Assembly (NCBI GenBank): GCA_001563335.1 | Contig: LRSL01000015.1 | Location: 1 to 59,451 of the forward strand | Origin: Candidatus Thorarchaeota archaeon SMTZ1-45 | GTDB taxonomy: Archaea > Asgardarchaeota > Thorarchaeia > Thorarchaeales > Thorarchaeaceae | Direction of reading: 5' to 3' | DNA length: 59,451 nt | Shown here: piece after piece, positions 21,098-31,002 of the stretch | How the letters are laid out: each line of letters opens with the position of its first letter | How positions within the stretch are numbered: the stretch's first letter is position 1 | The notes under the pieces: generated by a model | Seen by the model: the letters and a program-made list of their open reading frames with translations, nothing else | Told to the model about the DNA's origin: nothing | Database searches by the model: none | Translations under genes and position numbers: made by a program

Positions 21098-21550
21098 ATG
21101 GATGAGAAGAAAATCAAGAAGTATATGGCTGAAGCAATTGAGGAGGCCAAGAAAGGGCTCTCAGAGGGAGGAATTCCGATTGGGTCAGTCTTGGTCATCG
21201 ATGACAAGATTGTTGGGAGGGGACATAATCAGCGGATACAGAAGGGCAGCGCTGTCCTACACGCAGAGATGGACTGTCTAGAGAATGCAGGTAGACTGAC
21301 TGCAAAAGACTATCGAAAATCAGTGCTGTTCTCAACCCTATCACCCTGTGATATGTGCAGTGGGGCTGTATTACTATATGGTATACCGAGTGTCATTGTT
21401 GGGGAGAACACCACTTTTCAGGGACCTGAACAGTATGTACGTGATCGAGGAGTTGATGTCACTGTCCTCAACGACCCTGAATGCATTGAGATGATGGAGA
21501 AGTTCATACAAGAGAATCCAACGCTCTGGAATGAGGACATTGGAGAGTAG
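21098..21550 (+). CDS. Cytosine/nucleoside deaminase (FCY1-like)
   Basis: HAEMDCLENAGR and PCDMC zinc-binding motifs; WNEDIGE C-terminus. Confidence 0.9.
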   Translation: MDEKKIKKYMAEAIEEAKKGLSEGGIPIGSVLVIDDKIVGRGHNQRIQKGSAVLHAEMDCLENAGRLTAKDYRKSVLFSTLSPCDMCSGAVLLYGIPSVIVGENTTFQGPEQYVRDRGVDVTVLNDPECIEMMEKFIQENPTLWNEDIGE

Positions 21551-21578
21551 AAAGAAAATATTCGTTGGAGATTCGAGA

Positions 21579-22562
21579 ATGACCAAAAAAGAGCTGCGTC
21601 AAAGGGCCAAGGAACTAGCCAAAGAGCATGGGTATCTCCAATACATGATTGAGCGCTATCTCTCTCTGTGGGGCGAAGAGGATACTCTTCGGTTCATTAA
21701 AGCATGTGAGCAACCAATCAGAACAGCTATACGTGTCAACACACTAAAGATGTCTGTGGACTTGCTCATCCCCCGCCTTCAGGAAAAAGGAGTGACACTT
21801 GAAACAGTACCATGGTTGAATGATGGCTTCTATGCTGATTTCAATGAGTCATCTCCTGGAGCACTGCTTGAACACATGCTTGGATTCTACTATGTTCAAG
21901 GTGTTCCATCAATGACTGCTGTCAGTGTATTGAATCCAGAGCCTGGGGATACTGTTCTTGATCTTGCAGCTGCACCTGGTGGAAAGACAACTCATATCGC
22001 GCAGATGATGGAGAATGAAGGATTGGTAATTGCTCTTGAACAAGACAGGCAACGTATGACTAGTCTTCGGAGCAATATTATCAGATGTGGTGCGACTAAC
22101 ACTATGGTCATACGAGGCGATGCAAGAAAACTCGATGACCTACCCTTCCAACCTAACAAGATACTTCTTGATGCACCCTGCTCGGGAGAGGGGCTTATTC
22201 CTTTGGATCCAACCAGGAAAACTAGCAAGACTATGGCAGACGTCAGATTCTGTGCTACTCGAGAAGATGAGATGTTGGAGGCTGCGGTCAATATCCTTGC
22301 AATGGGTGGCACAATGGTATATTCAACCTGTTCAATAGCTCCAGAGGAAAATGAGTATGTTTTGGATGATATTTTGAAACGGCATCCTGAGATGAGTGTA
22401 GTTGAAATTTCGGCTGAGTTTGGTTCATCTGGATATTCTGAGCCCTATGGTATCAGACTGAATGAATCATTGAAGAATGCAAGACGGTTTTTACCACATC
22501 TTCACAAGACTGAGGGGTTCTTCATTTGTAAAATGAGGAAGAAAGAGAGGTCGGCACAATGA
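21579..22562 (+). CDS. RsmB/NOP2 family RNA m5C methyltransferase
   Basis: DLAAAPGGKT, LLDAPCSGEG, YSTCSIAPEENE. Confidence 0.92.
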   Translation: MTKKELRQRAKELAKEHGYLQYMIERYLSLWGEEDTLRFIKACEQPIRTAIRVNTLKMSVDLLIPRLQEKGVTLETVPWLNDGFYADFNESSPGALLEHMLGFYYVQGVPSMTAVSVLNPEPGDTVLDLAAAPGGKTTHIAQMMENEGLVIALEQDRQRMTSLRSNIIRCGATNTMVIRGDARKLDDLPFQPNKILLDAPCSGEGLIPLDPTRKTSKTMADVRFCATREDEMLEAAVNILAMGGTMVYSTCSIAPEENEYVLDDILKRHPEMSVVEISAEFGSSGYSEPYGIRLNESLKNARRFLPHLHKTEGFFICKMRKKERSAQ

Positions 22563-23101
22563 AGTTTGAGTTTGTTGATCCAGTTGCTTGGGGTGCAATC
22601 ACGCAACAGATCGACATTGAGTTTGGAGCAGGTGTAACCAAAAGCCTTCTTGGAAATCGGGCGCCTCTGATGATTTCTAAGAATAGCTCTCAAATGGTCT
22701 ATGCGATACCCCCAGAGTGGATATCAATATTGATGGAAGAGGGTGAGAATCTTGATATCCAGTTCATCGGAAAGGAACTCGGGTCTGTAGAAAAGGGAAG
22801 GTTCAGACTTAGTCTTCATATTCTTAGTGAAGTGGCTAAAATGACCAATAGCTTCATTCTTGTATCTAAAAGGGGGGCAGAGGCATTTACGTATGGAAGG
22901 AGTATCATCAGAGAGTCTGTACTGGAGTTAAATCCCACTTTGGAAAGAGGGCAGAGAGTGTTCGTACTCAATGAGAACAAAGAGTGTTTGGGAGTTGCAG
23001 CCCTATCAGTAGATGCATTCAAAATAAATCGACTGGGAGCAGATAGACTTGTAGCGAAGAATCTTGTCGATATTGGATGGTTCATTAGACGCCTAGGCTA
23101 G
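22559..23101 (+). CDS. NIP7-like ribosome biogenesis protein with PUA domain
   Basis: GRFRLSL, AEAFTYGRSI, KNLVDIGWFIR; overlaps the NOP2 gene. Confidence 0.75.
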   Translation: MKFEFVDPVAWGAITQQIDIEFGAGVTKSLLGNRAPLMISKNSSQMVYAIPPEWISILMEEGENLDIQFIGKELGSVEKGRFRLSLHILSEVAKMTNSFILVSKRGAEAFTYGRSIIRESVLELNPTLERGQRVFVLNENKECLGVAALSVDAFKINRLGADRLVAKNLVDIGWFIRRLG

Positions 23102-23108
23102 ACGAACA

Positions 23109-25578
23109 CAGTAACACACTCTCCGAATGCAATACCCCCTTCTTTTCAAGCTAGATAGACTGTCGCAGAGAGGATAAGATAGTGGAGTTTAGTGAGAATC
23201 ATCCCTGAATGATGAGAGAATCTAACCCTTTGGATTTCATTCTTCTTGAATTGCCTTATATACTAGAAAAATAATGTATAGAGTATTTTCCATTTTGAAT
23301 TATACACAGAGAAACCTGATGAAGGAATTATACGAGATTAATAGGATGTGAAAGAACTAATCTTGTTAAATATTATAGCGAGTTTAAGTAGTATCATCAG
23401 GACTGGGATGTGGAGAATTAAACGGTGGGACAAGACATCCAGTGCCAGTCCTGGAAGCAATGGCAAAGGTCAAGACCAAAACCAAGGCAAGAATCAATGA
23501 TTGGCAAATATTATAGCGGTCCATCGACCAAATATCTTGTCGAGTCGTTTGTTCTCAGCTCTGAGGACAGAGTTGTTTTGAGAAAAGGAAAAGAGAGGAA
23601 ACCTGACCCTTCGTTCAAGGGCAATAGCACACAATTTTCTCAGCTCTCCTCTGCAGTGAGAGGAACAGGAAAGAAGGTCAAGGACATAGATCTTAGAACT
23701 CTTACATTCTATTTCGACAATTACATCAGAGCTGTCAATATTGTTCTTTCAAGGATATACAGGAATTCCAAGCGAGTAGAACAACTTGGAAAGACTCTTG
23801 CAAAGTATAGAGGGAAGTCATACATTCTTCTGAGCAAAGAAAAAGATCTATGCTACCAGCACAATGAAGACATCAAGAAATTGGTCTTTGGTCGTCTGCA
23901 TCGAAATGTCCTTGAACAGGCTGGGAGGATGCTCCTTGCTGACTGGACAAGAAGACAGCTTGTCATATCGGCTCTAAAGGTCCTTAATGATTCTCCGGAG
24001 GAATTGGTTACCATCCTTCGAAGAAGAAGGATTCCTTCATTTCTGATTAGAAAAGTCCGAGATTCCTGTGAGTCCACAAAGAACAACGGGTCAGGGTATC
24101 ACTACGCTATGGGTGTCCTCAGACAACTTCGTCTTGCTATCGATAAATACATTCTTGGTTTTACGAAGAACACGATAGGTTGGAGAGCCAGACAGAGAAA
24201 GAAAGTAGCATCTCTTCTAAAGGATGGTTCACCTGACTGTCAAAGTGTCATCAATATAGTAGAGTCGCAGGTTAAGAGTTGGGTTCAGAATGGATATCCA
24301 TTCACAGTCCCCCAGCTCAGAAGATATAGCCTTGACTTCTCAGCAAGCACCGAGAATTCCACTGGTCAAGGATACTGGTTCACTCCGGATGAGGAACGAG
24401 AGAATGAGATACTCCTTTATCTCAAGCTCCCTCCGGGGTTCAATGGAACTCACCACAAAGACTCACCGTACAAATCTAAGACCCTCACCTTTCGTTTCCT
24501 TGATTGGCTTCCTAGAGCTGCATCTCAGGATAGGAGAAAAGCTGAGAAAGCAGAGCGAGAAGGAAATATCCATCGGGTTGAACAACTAAGATTTCGTGCT
24601 GCAAAGTTCGAGGACATGCATCACCAGCTCATGAATACAATCAAGTTACAACACACAGCCCATAGACTATCAAGGATGAAACAGATAAAGCACAATGACT
24701 TGGATGAGATAATCAGACTACAACAAAAAGTAAGTCGACTGAAAGGCTATAGGAGATGTTCACCTCCTCAACTTCTTCTCAGAGGTCACAAGATCATCCT
24801 TCGGATACCGTTCCTTTCACCTAATGGACCAGTAAGCTCACAGATTTTTGGTGAGAGGAAGTATACAACTAAGGCAGGAGCTGACAGAGGATTACGAGCT
24901 CCAGTGGCGCTCACAGTGGAGAGAGAATGTTCCTTTGAGGACTTCCTCATCACAGTTGGACCGTTAGCCGAGAAGAGAGATAGAATCAGAAAACATGCTT
25001 ACACACTCACCTCAGAGTTAGCAAGAATGAAGAACAACTGGGAAAGCAAACGATCAGGACAGTCATATCCAGCACACATTATGAAGCGGGACAGGCATGT
25101 CGAAGCTCTGTGGAGAAAGGTTCGTCGTCTTGATCGTGAGATTGTCCGGCAGGTGGCCTCTCAGACAGTGTGGTTTTGTGAGGAACACAGAGTGAAGAGG
25201 TTGTTCTTTGAGGATTTGAGGAGCTTCCAAGGACATGCTGGGTCCAAACACGTTTCATACAACCTGACCTCGAATCTGTGGGGAAAAATCATCAATACAG
25301 TACGCTACATGAGAGAATCACTCGGACACTCAAAATATAGTGTGTGGACAGTGAATCCGCGATACACTTCTCAGACCTGTCACCAGTGTGGAGAAAAAGG
25401 CGTGCGAGTAAGGGATGAAAGCTCAATCATTGAGAGCAAGGGTGGAGAATACTTCTACTGCTCTGAGTGTAAAGAGCACTTCCATGCAGACATCAATGCA
25501 GCACGGAATATAATTCATGTTCAAGACTCCAGTGACGTTCCTGGAGGGACAAAGGTTTGTCCAGTTTACAATGAACGT
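23109..25578 (+). mobile_element. Transposase-less insertion carrying a large Cas12/TnpB-like nuclease, flanked by the 10-bp direct repeat TAGACGAACA
   Basis: TAGACGAACA at 23099-23108 and 25579-25588; removing the element plus one copy restores overlapping stops of the NIP7-like and PAC2 genes; no terminal inverted repeats seen. Confidence 0.65.
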
Positions 25579-25581
25579 TAG
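23425..25581 (+). CDS. Large TnpB/Cas12-like RNA-guided RuvC endonuclease (~694-718 aa)
   Basis: RuvC-I AGADRG, RuvC-II FFEDL, VNPRYTSQTCHQC...CSEC zinc finger, RuvC-III HADINAARNI; alternative ATG start at 23497. Confidence 0.85.
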   Translation: MGQDIQCQSWKQWQRSRPKPRQESMIGKYYSGPSTKYLVESFVLSSEDRVVLRKGKERKPDPSFKGNSTQFSQLSSAVRGTGKKVKDIDLRTLTFYFDNYIRAVNIVLSRIYRNSKRVEQLGKTLAKYRGKSYILLSKEKDLCYQHNEDIKKLVFGRLHRNVLEQAGRMLLADWTRRQLVISALKVLNDSPEELVTILRRRRIPSFLIRKVRDSCESTKNNGSGYHYAMGVLRQLRLAIDKYILGFTKNTIGWRARQRKKVASLLKDGSPDCQSVINIVESQVKSWVQNGYPFTVPQLRRYSLDFSASTENSTGQGYWFTPDEERENEILLYLKLPPGFNGTHHKDSPYKSKTLTFRFLDWLPRAASQDRRKAEKAEREGNIHRVEQLRFRAAKFEDMHHQLMNTIKLQHTAHRLSRMKQIKHNDLDEIIRLQQKVSRLKGYRRCSPPQLLLRGHKIILRIPFLSPNGPVSSQIFGERKYTTKAGADRGLRAPVALTVERECSFEDFLITVGPLAEKRDRIRKHAYTLTSELARMKNNWESKRSGQSYPAHIMKRDRHVEALWRKVRRLDREIVRQVASQTVWFCEEHRVKRLFFEDLRSFQGHAGSKHVSYNLTSNLWGKIINTVRYMRESLGHSKYSVWTVNPRYTSQTCHQCGEKGVRVRDESSIIESKGGEYFYCSECKEHFHADINAARNIIHVQDSSDVPGGTKVCPVYNER
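25527..25578 (+). ncRNA. Putative 3' scaffold of an omegaRNA-like guide RNA overlapping the end of the nuclease gene
   Basis: Hairpin CTCCAG/CTGGAG whose loop ACGTTC (25535-25540) is complementary to GAACGT (25573-25578); second hairpin GGACAA/TTGTCC between them. Confidence 0.45.
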
Positions 25582-26324
25582 ACGAACATGTCGCTTGTAC
25601 GATCTGAGTCCTCAATAGACTTTCTCATTTTCTCGAGCCTCTCAATCTCTCGAGATTCTTCGAGAAGCTGCTCGACATTTGCGCCTACTCCATAAATCTC
25701 GTTGATTTTCTCCAGCATAGTAGCTGCAGACCGGGGATCAGGACGACCTCTAGTTGCATATGTTAGTAGGCCAATTGCTGGAGCACCATGCATCTCAAGT
25801 TCTGCGAGAAATAATGCTAGTGGACCAGCGACAAATAGTCCTTCCTCAAGAAGAGGAACTTGCCACTTTTCAAGCATGTCTTTGTAAGCACTTGTTGGAA
25901 CACATCGCATATCTGCTTCATCTTCTTTGAAAGATGCATCTAAGCCTCCAAGGAGTAGGGTTTCTTTGAAGTTATTCTCGGCCACCCACTTCGCGAGCTT
26001 GTCAATAAATCCCCATTGTTCGGATTGATGTGGCTGAAATCGTGGGACAAGAAAAATCATCTTCTTCTTATCATAGGAATAGAGCTCAAATGGTAACACA
26101 AGACGCTCATTCTCCATTGACACAAACAAGGGAAGCATATCGCTCTTGATGAATCCTACTCGTTCAGCTTCAAGGGTTCGAGTCAAATGAGCTGTGCTCA
26201 AGAAGCCTACCTCACCCAGACCATGAAATCCGCAGATGAATGTCGACCCTGGTTTTATCTTAAAGTCCTTCTTCAATATGATTGTGAAAGATGAATCTGT
26301 GGTAGCTACGAAAGCCATGACCAT
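25578..26324 (-). CDS. Proteasome assembly chaperone (PAC2 family)
   Basis: GFHGLGEVGFL, LLGGLD, GPLALFL, PDPRSAA. Confidence 0.88.
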   Translation of the reverse strand: MVMAFVATTDSSFTIILKKDFKIKPGSTFICGFHGLGEVGFLSTAHLTRTLEAERVGFIKSDMLPLFVSMENERLVLPFELYSYDKKKMIFLVPRFQPHQSEQWGFIDKLAKWVAENNFKETLLLGGLDASFKEDEADMRCVPTSAYKDMLEKWQVPLLEEGLFVAGPLALFLAELEMHGAPAIGLLTYATRGRPDPRSAATMLEKINEIYGVGANVEQLLEESREIERLEKMRKSIEDSDRTSDMFV

Positions 26325-26592
26325 TCAAGCCTCAAGAGAGAAAACCGATTATTCAGCCTCTCATTGGTTACTTGTTTGATTCATGGCGGTTGCTTTTGAG
26401 ACTTTGTATGTGTCTGTGTAAGATTGAAATTAGGGATGTGGTTAAACATGCTTTGGGCAGGATTGGTAATTTTCGCAAGTTGTACATTTTTGGAACAGCT
26501 CTACGGTATTTTGACCAGCCACACACAAAACTAATAGGATATGATAGTATATCCTCATAGTAAATCATGCGCATATGATGGAGTAGAATCTT

Positions 26593-28794
26593 TTGAGCAC
26601 TCTCAGGGAATTAGAACTCCAGCAGGTTGCACCTCGTCTGTTGGAGTTGCTCAGACAGCAAGGACTTGCCACACTCACTAGATTTCAGTCCATTTCAGTG
26701 CAGCAAGGGATTATGAGAGGGAATAGTCAGCTCCTTGTTACATACGATTATGATGAAGCATACATGATAGGAGAGATTGCACTCCTCAATCGAGTTGCGT
26801 CGGACCATAATGCACGAGCGTTGGTCCTTTGTCCCAACCCCCATCAAGCTGAGAAACGATTTCGTTCCTTGAGTCAGAAGTGTCGCCGTCTCGGTATCGA
26901 AGCTTCCGAGATTATTAGGAGAAGGAAAGCAATTAGAGAGGGTGCTGGTTCTGGTAGAGTTGTAATCACGACCTATACTTCGCTTGATATTGCATCACGG
27001 ATTAAGCCTGATATTCTGGATAGAGTAGTCTATGTGTTGATTGACCGGCTTGATTTGATCGGACAACCAAGAATTGGAGAACGGCTTGAAACGGTGCTAG
27101 TCACGTTGTTAAGTCACACAGGTATTCAATATGCAGCGATTTGTCCTCCTCTGGAAGACTTAGATGAGCTTGGTAAATGGTTGAGTGCAAAGATTATAGA
27201 AGATCCAAAGAAAGATGTAAAACTGATATTTAGTGTGAAAACCTTTGAAGACTCAGAAGACTCGCTTTCAGACTTGACAGAGTATGTCACGTACCGACAA
27301 GGTCAGGTGATGATCTTATGTGCCAATATAATCACCTGCGAAGATTTAGCACTTCAGCTTGCAGGCATTCGAACAGGGAATAAAGCAGCGGCTCTTGATA
27401 TGAGATTATCACCAGAGCATAGAGATGATCTTAGACTTCTCTCACGTGAAATTGGTGAAAAATATGTTCAATGTGAAACAACTTTGAATCTAAGCAAGGC
27501 ACTATCAAAAGGAGTTGCCTTCATTCATGAAGGGGTTGCAAGGACTCAGAGAAGAACGATTTCGCAAGCTTGGGAGGATGGTCTATTACCAGTTATTATA
27601 ATGCCCACGCGATTTGCAATTGCTAGTGGGTTGAGAGGGACAGTTATCTTCCTGATGGGTGTATTTATGCAAGAGTTTGGCAGGGAGGTATCTCAAGAGG
27701 AATCAGTCAGCATGCTGACTGAGTGGCAATTAAGTGATGTTCTAGAAGCTGCTGGGCGAAGAGGGATTGATAATGAAGCGTTTGGAATTGTCGTGGTCGA
27801 TAATGAGTCTGAAAGAATACGCGTGATAGGAAAATACTTCGAAAAAGACCAACAGGGGAATCTAAAACCAAGATTGGGTGAAGTGGACAGTTTAATGGAT
27901 GAAACTGAGAATGTTCAAGACTTGGTGTTGCGACAGCTGTGTGGCAAGTCCAAGAAAGATGAAGACCCATTTTCAGTAATAGATCGAACATTCTGGGGAA
28001 GCAGTAAAACTGTAACAGATATTCGTCAAGCTGAAAATCAAGATAATAAATCCGTAGAGAAACTACTCACACTTCGTTCTACAAGGTCTACATTCTCCCG
28101 AGCCAAAGAAATACCTGATTCAAGTGTAAAGTTTGTATCAGTCAGACCAGACAAGATTGAAGGGTTGGTGCATAGCGGTAGTAGAGAGATTTGGCACTAT
28201 ACAACGCTGAGAGCAAAAGATGGTGTTTCATGCTCTTGTGAATCATGGAAATACCAAGGCGTCAGGAAACACAGACTCTGTAAACATCTCATAAAATTTG
28301 CAAGATTTGCACTCAATGAGAAAGACACGAAACCCTATGCCGCAGGTGTGATTATGCAAGCTCTTCGTGGACTTGAGGTCTATGATGAGCTAGAAGCTGA
28401 TCGCCTCATAATTCGTGATAGAGGTGGTGCACGTTGTACAGAATTGGGCAAAGATGTTGCTGTTCTTGGTGTGCCAGTCAAAGACGCAAAGAAAGTAATG
28501 AGAGCAATTGCTGATAAGACAAGTGACTTGAAGACAATATTGCGGAATGTTGTTTTGATCCGAACAACTATTCCAAGGGAAGTTGTGGATCGTGTCTTGA
28601 GTAAGCTGCCTGCAAAGACTGTTGAGGAAATTGTATGTCAAGATGATATGCCAGGCATTGTAGAGAATTGTTTGGAGGAGCTTGAATATATCAACTCAAT
28701 CCTGTTGAAACTATTACACTCCAAGCATGCCGCTAGAAAGGACAGTGAGAAACTCGAAGATAGTCTACTTCTGATTCTACAGTCGATGAGGTAA
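26593..28794 (+). CDS. Degenerate Ski2/Hel308-like helicase with SWIM zinc finger (probably ATPase-dead)
   Basis: Q-motif-like LTRFQ, KGVAFIHEG, AAGRRG; Walker A and DExH are missing (VTYDYDEA, IDRLD); CSC...CKH SWIM finger. Confidence 0.7.
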   Translation: MSTLRELELQQVAPRLLELLRQQGLATLTRFQSISVQQGIMRGNSQLLVTYDYDEAYMIGEIALLNRVASDHNARALVLCPNPHQAEKRFRSLSQKCRRLGIEASEIIRRRKAIREGAGSGRVVITTYTSLDIASRIKPDILDRVVYVLIDRLDLIGQPRIGERLETVLVTLLSHTGIQYAAICPPLEDLDELGKWLSAKIIEDPKKDVKLIFSVKTFEDSEDSLSDLTEYVTYRQGQVMILCANIITCEDLALQLAGIRTGNKAAALDMRLSPEHRDDLRLLSREIGEKYVQCETTLNLSKALSKGVAFIHEGVARTQRRTISQAWEDGLLPVIIMPTRFAIASGLRGTVIFLMGVFMQEFGREVSQEESVSMLTEWQLSDVLEAAGRRGIDNEAFGIVVVDNESERIRVIGKYFEKDQQGNLKPRLGEVDSLMDETENVQDLVLRQLCGKSKKDEDPFSVIDRTFWGSSKTVTDIRQAENQDNKSVEKLLTLRSTRSTFSRAKEIPDSSVKFVSVRPDKIEGLVHSGSREIWHYTTLRAKDGVSCSCESWKYQGVRKHRLCKHLIKFARFALNEKDTKPYAAGVIMQALRGLEVYDELEADRLIIRDRGGARCTELGKDVAVLGVPVKDAKKVMRAIADKTSDLKTILRNVVLIRTTIPREVVDRVLSKLPAKTVEEIVCQDDMPGIVENCLEELEYINSILLKLLHSKHAARKDSEKLEDSLLLILQSMR

Positions 28795-28865
28795 CATTTT
28801 TACGTTAGTAGACTTGTGGCGGCTCAGAATTGGGACAATATGAAGTCCAATGTGGTGGTTGACCA

Positions 28866-30011
28866 ATGAAGTTGTTTGAACATGAGGCAAAAGACATCTT
28901 CCGAGCCTTCAATATGCCAACTCCTCCTGGAGGGGTGGCTAGAACTCCAAGAGAGGCAAAAGAACGTGCAGCAGAGGTTGGAAAACCTGTTGTTGTGAAG
29001 GCGATGGTACTTGCAGGTAAACGAGGAAAAGCTGGTGGTGTGAAATTTGCAGATACACCACAAGAGGCAGAAAAGTGTGCTGAAGAAATCCTGAAGATGC
29101 GTATTAACGACCTCCCAGTTGATGCGGTCTTAATTGAAGAGAAGTTAGACATCGAACAGGAAATCTATGCTGGGATTACCGTTGACAGGAATGAACGGAA
29201 GTATGTCGTAATTGGTAGTGCCTCAGGTGGTATGTCAATAGAAGAACTTGCTGAGGAAAGTCCAGAGAAGATAATCAAAATGCATGTGGATCCAAATCTG
29301 GGTTTCCAACCATTTGAAGCACGTCAAATGGCAATAGAAATGGGATTTAGGGGCAAGCATATCAATCAACTCGGAAGCTTCTTTCTGAAGCTGTGGGATA
29401 TCGTTGAAGCCTATGATGTTGAACTGACTGAGATTAATCCGTTAATTCTCACAAAGGATGGAAAGTTCTTTGCCGCAGATGCTAGATTGAATATCGATGA
29501 CAACTCGTTGTACAGACACAAGGAGATTATTGACAAGTTAATGCGTGAGCCTATTGAACAGAACGAGCGGGAAAGACTGGCCACAGAGAATGATATGGCC
29601 TACGTAGAACTTGACGGAAATATCGCATGCATATGCAATGGTGCAGGCTTGACTATGGCAACACTCGATGCAGTATCAGTCTATGGAGGAGAAGCAAGCA
29701 CATTTCTCGATCTGGGTGGTGGTGCGGATGCTGAGAGAGTCGAAAGAGGGATTGAAATTGCATTGATGTATCCAAAAGTAAAAGCAATCCTTGTCAACAT
29801 CATGGGGGGCATTACGAGATGTGACGAGGTGGCCAGGGGAATAGTGGCTGCAAGAAATGATGGCGATATCACGACTCCAATGGTAATCAGAATGGTCGGA
29901 ACTAATGAAGAGGAGGGTCAAGAGATCCTAAAGCAAGCGGGGATACCCTTCCTAAAGACTATGGAGGAGGCAGCCTCAAAAGTAGTTGAACTTGTGAAGG
30001 AGGTTGTTTAG
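28866..30011 (+). CDS. sucC: Succinyl-CoA ligase beta subunit
   Basis: MKLFEHEAK, GKRGKAGGV, EINPL, NGAGLTMATLD, FLDLGGGA. Confidence 0.95.
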   Translation: MKLFEHEAKDIFRAFNMPTPPGGVARTPREAKERAAEVGKPVVVKAMVLAGKRGKAGGVKFADTPQEAEKCAEEILKMRINDLPVDAVLIEEKLDIEQEIYAGITVDRNERKYVVIGSASGGMSIEELAEESPEKIIKMHVDPNLGFQPFEARQMAIEMGFRGKHINQLGSFFLKLWDIVEAYDVELTEINPLILTKDGKFFAADARLNIDDNSLYRHKEIIDKLMREPIEQNERERLATENDMAYVELDGNIACICNGAGLTMATLDAVSVYGGEASTFLDLGGGADAERVERGIEIALMYPKVKAILVNIMGGITRCDEVARGIVAARNDGDITTPMVIRMVGTNEEEGQEILKQAGIPFLKTMEEAASKVVELVKEVV

Positions 30012-30881
30012 ATGGCGGTACTTGTTAACAATGATACCAAGGTAGTAGTTCAGGGGATTACTGGTACACAGGGAAAATATCACACCATATCCATGCTGAA
30101 ATATGGTACTATGATAGTCGCTGGGACATCGCCTGGTAAGTCTGGAGAAGAGGTCAATGGTGTACCTGTCTATGATAGCGTTTCCGAAGCAGTAAAGGCA
30201 GAAGATGCGAATGCATCGATAATCTTTGTTCCTGCACCTTTTGCGGGTGATGCTGCCCTTGAAGCAATAGCCGCAGACCTGAATCCTGTTGTGGTAATTA
30301 CTGAACATGTACCTGTAAAAGATGAAATTCGTGTCATTCACGCCGCAAAACAAAAGGGAATCACCATTATTGGTCCTAATACTCCAGGAATCATTACACC
30401 TAAGGCAAAACAAAAGGTTGGGATCATGCCCGGACATGTTTTCTCAGAAGGAGATGTCGGACTCATGTCGCGTAGTGGAACATTAACCTACGAGATCGCA
30501 GCAGGGATGACAAATGCAGGTATCGGGATTTCCACTGCTATAGGGCTTGGGGGTGATCCCTGTGTGGGGCTCACAACAATTGAAGCTGTTAGACTCTTTA
30601 GGAATGATAATGACACTAAAGCACTGGTCATTGTTGGAGAAATTGGTGGTGATGCAGAGGAGCGAGCTGCAGTGTATATACAAAAGGAATACGACCTACC
30701 TGTTGTCGGATTCATTGCTGGTAGGACCGCACCTCCTGGAAAACGAATGGGACACGCGGGTGCCATTATTAGTGGAAGTTCAGGGACTGCAGCTGCAAAA
30801 ATCAAGGCATTAAGTGACGCTGGAATTGCCGTGGCAGAGAAACCAAGTGATGTTGCCAGACTCCTTAGAGAAGCTCTGTAG
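30012..30881 (+). CDS. sucD: Succinyl-CoA ligase alpha subunit
   Basis: VQGITG, IGPNTPG, SRSGTLTYE, GKRMGHAGA (phospho-His). Confidence 0.95.
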   Translation: MAVLVNNDTKVVVQGITGTQGKYHTISMLKYGTMIVAGTSPGKSGEEVNGVPVYDSVSEAVKAEDANASIIFVPAPFAGDAALEAIAADLNPVVVITEHVPVKDEIRVIHAAKQKGITIIGPNTPGIITPKAKQKVGIMPGHVFSEGDVGLMSRSGTLTYEIAAGMTNAGIGISTAIGLGGDPCVGLTTIEAVRLFRNDNDTKALVIVGEIGGDAEERAAVYIQKEYDLPVVGFIAGRTAPPGKRMGHAGAIISGSSGTAAAKIKALSDAGIAVAEKPSDVARLLREAL

Positions 30882-31002
30882 AGGAATCTATTGAGGCTTT
30901 TTGTGGAAAGAGCACAAGCTTTTAAAACACAACTCAGCTGGAAAGCCGAGCGGGTTAACTAGAAACTACTCTGTTTGCCCTCATTCATTAGAGGTCATAA
31001 TG

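Noticed and set aside
23102-23424. CRISPR array or tracrRNA beside the Cas12-like gene
   Set aside because: No regularly spaced 25-40 nt repeats are visible on either side; the region is AT-rich and unique.
26368-26574. Nop10 or another small gene upstream of PAC2
   Set aside because: The frames I examined give no Nop10 motif (YTL...C..CG...HP..FSP); the short ORFs are unconvincing.
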